Positions 62,752 through 64,000 of a stretch of DNA of 64,000 nucleotides are shown piece by piece. The stretch is from positions 2,543 through 66,542 of the forward strand of contig UQYA01000002.1 of NCBI GenBank assembly GCA_900545165.1. Direction: 5' to 3'. The position numbers and the translations under genes are program-made. Each line of letters opens with the position of its first letter. Within the stretch, counting starts at the first letter, position 1. The notes under the pieces were generated by a model. That model made no database searches and was not told where the DNA came from. It worked only from the letters and a program-made list of their open reading frames with translations. The DNA comes from an uncultured Collinsella sp. GTDB taxonomy: Bacteria; Actinomycetota; Coriobacteriia; Coriobacteriales; Coriobacteriaceae.

Positions 62752-63683
62752 GCGCACGCACCCTTCAGGACGTGCTCGGCGCCATCGACCAGGTCGTCAA
62801 CGATTTCGCGTGCGCTCTGGCGCTCGTTGACCATGCCGGCAATCTGTCCACACAAAAACGAACCCTCTTCGTAGTTGCCGTCCTTGGCGGCCTTACGCAG
62901 CGCACCGGTTCCCATAGCACCGAGCTCCTCGGCACTCGCGCCGGAACCCTCGCTCTTGGCATAGGCGTTGGTGAAGGGGCTCTTGAGGGCGCGCACTGGA
63001 TGTCCCGTCGAGCGACCGGTCGCACGCGTCGAAGTGTCGTTGGCCTTCAGGACCATCTCTTTGTACTGCTCCGCGACGGTGCACTCGTCTGCGACCAGAA
63101 AGCGCGTACCCACTTGCACGCCTTCGGCGCCCAGCATAAAGGCGGCCGCCACGCCGCGGCCGTCGGCAATACCACCGGCGGCCACGACGGGAATGTCAAC
63201 CGCATCGACGACCTGCGGCACCAGTGCCATCGTCGAGGTCTCGCCAATATGGCCGCCCGATTCGGTACCCTCGGCAACAACCGCCGTGGCTCCACGACGT
63301 GCCACGAGGCGCGCCAGCGCCACCGAGGCAACGACCGGGATGACCTTGATGCCCGCCTCGTTCCACGCCTTCATGTACTTGGCGGGATTGCCGGCGCCCG
63401 TCACGACGACCGGCACTCGCTCGTCAATCACGACCTGTGCAACCTCGTCGGCAAACGGGCTCATGAGCATGACGTTCACGCCAAAGGGCTTATCCGTCTT
63501 GGCGCGCAGCTCATGAATCTGGTCGCGAAGCCAGTTGGCGTCGGCGTTCATGGCCGCGATGATGCCTAAGCCACCCGCCTCGGACACTGCGGACGCCAGC
63601 GAGGCATCGGCAATCCAGGCCATACCGCCCTGGAACACGGGCTTTTCGATGCCGAGCAGATCGCAGAGAGGAGTCTTGAGCAT
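62739..63683 (-). CDS. fabK: enoyl-ACP reductase II (FMN, nitronate-monooxygenase fold)
   Basis: LLGIEKPVFQGGMAWIADASLASAVSEAGGLG. It sits within the fab operon. Confidence 0.8.
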   Translation of the reverse strand: MLKTPLCDLLGIEKPVFQGGMAWIADASLASAVSEAGGLGIIAAMNADANWLRDQIHELRAKTDKPFGVNVMLMSPFADEVAQVVIDERVPVVVTGAGNPAKYMKAWNEAGIKVIPVVASVALARLVARRGATAVVAEGTESGGHIGETSTMALVPQVVDAVDIPVVAAGGIADGRGVAAAFMLGAEGVQVGTRFLVADECTVAEQYKEMVLKANDTSTRATGRSTGHPVRALKSPFTNAYAKSEGSGASAEELGAMGTGALRKAAKDGNYEEGSFLCGQIAGMVNERQSAREIVDDLVDGAEHVLKGACAWVA

Positions 63684-63685
63684 CT

Positions 63686-63922
63686 CTACTTCTCCAATGC
63701 CGCCTCGACCGTATCGGCGAACTCGCCGACCGTCTTGGGGTTCTCCTCGGTATCGAGCTGGATGCCAAACTCGTCCTCGACGGCAACGAGGATCTCGACG
63801 GTGCCCAGGCTGTCGAGACCAATCTCCTCGAGCGTGGACTCGGGCTTCATCTCGACATCGTCAAGACCGGCGGTCTCGCGGATAACGTCGCAAACGCGCT
63901 CGAAGGTCTTCTGATCTGCCAT
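63686..63922 (-). CDS. acpP: acyl carrier protein
   Basis: 78 aa. GLDSLGTVE carries the phosphopantetheine Ser in a DSL motif. Confidence 0.9.
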   Translation of the reverse strand: MADQKTFERVCDVIRETAGLDDVEMKPESTLEEIGLDSLGTVEILVAVEDEFGIQLDTEENPKTVGEFADTVEAALEK

Positions 63923-63973
63923 GGTAGTTCTCCTTTGGTTGTGCCCTAGGGCGTTTTTATTTCCTATGTGCGA

Positions 63974-64000
63974 CTACTTCCAACGAAGCAGATAGCCACC
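63974..64000 (-). CDS. 3' end of an upstream gene (possibly fabH); only 8 codons in the window
   Basis: My own translation gives ...GGYLLRWK-stop (TAG at 63974-63976). The position upstream of acpP fits KAS III, but 8 residues cannot prove it. Confidence 0.25.
   Translation of the reverse strand, partial: GGYLLRWK

Overview
This is 64 kb of a high-GC Gram-positive chromosome with nearly all genes on the minus strand. The gene content (FabK, fused AccD-AccA, zinc-ribbon L24, yge/ygf purine genes) fits a Coriobacteriia-like actinobacterium, but the taxon is inference only.

Blocks:
- **(1) 1-6.7 kb and 29.5-40.4 kb:** two halves of a yge/ygf-type molybdenum-hydroxylase purine (xanthine/urate) fermentation cluster. 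The left half is mocA-arcC-ygeW-ygeY-dpaL. The right half is an NCS2 permease, ssnA, ygfK, a polyferredoxin and xdhD, plus ridA. Each half has its own divergently transcribed YheO-like regulator.
- **(2) 6.7-29.5 kb:** a visibly AT-richer accessory/defence island that splits the cluster.
  - AbiEi/AbiEii, bracketed by diverged copies of a gene 3' end.
  - Two DUF4230 proteins.
  - An extended type I R-M operon: RHH, hsdM, hsdS, an unknown 187-aa Cys protein, hsdR, a TcmP-like protein and a three-Cys radical-SAM-like protein.
  - An uncharacterised operon of a DEDDh exonuclease, a 91-aa protein and a ~790-aa Gly-zipper membrane protein.
  - A toxin-like mini-ORF.
  - A DUF234 ATPase and an AbiEi/DUF559-like gene, embedded in three arrays of a ~62-bp dyad repeat.
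- **(3) 40.7-45.8 kb:** U32 peptidase, RluA, a DeoR regulator and an oxidoreductase.
- **(4) 46.3-52.1 kb:** the rplC-to-rplX ribosomal protein block, lacking rpsJ and everything after rplX.
- **(5) 52.5-55.7 kb:** a histidine phosphatase, a CDF transporter and a PTS EIIC.
- **(6) 55.8-64 kb:** acc/fab fatty-acid synthesis genes.

I recognised no rRNA, tRNA, CRISPR array, integrase or transposase. Two copies of a conserved 69-nt core lie inside long, unrelated, perfect inverted repeats. A third large palindrome sits in a divergent intergenic region. All family assignments come from reading motifs in the translations; no searches were run.
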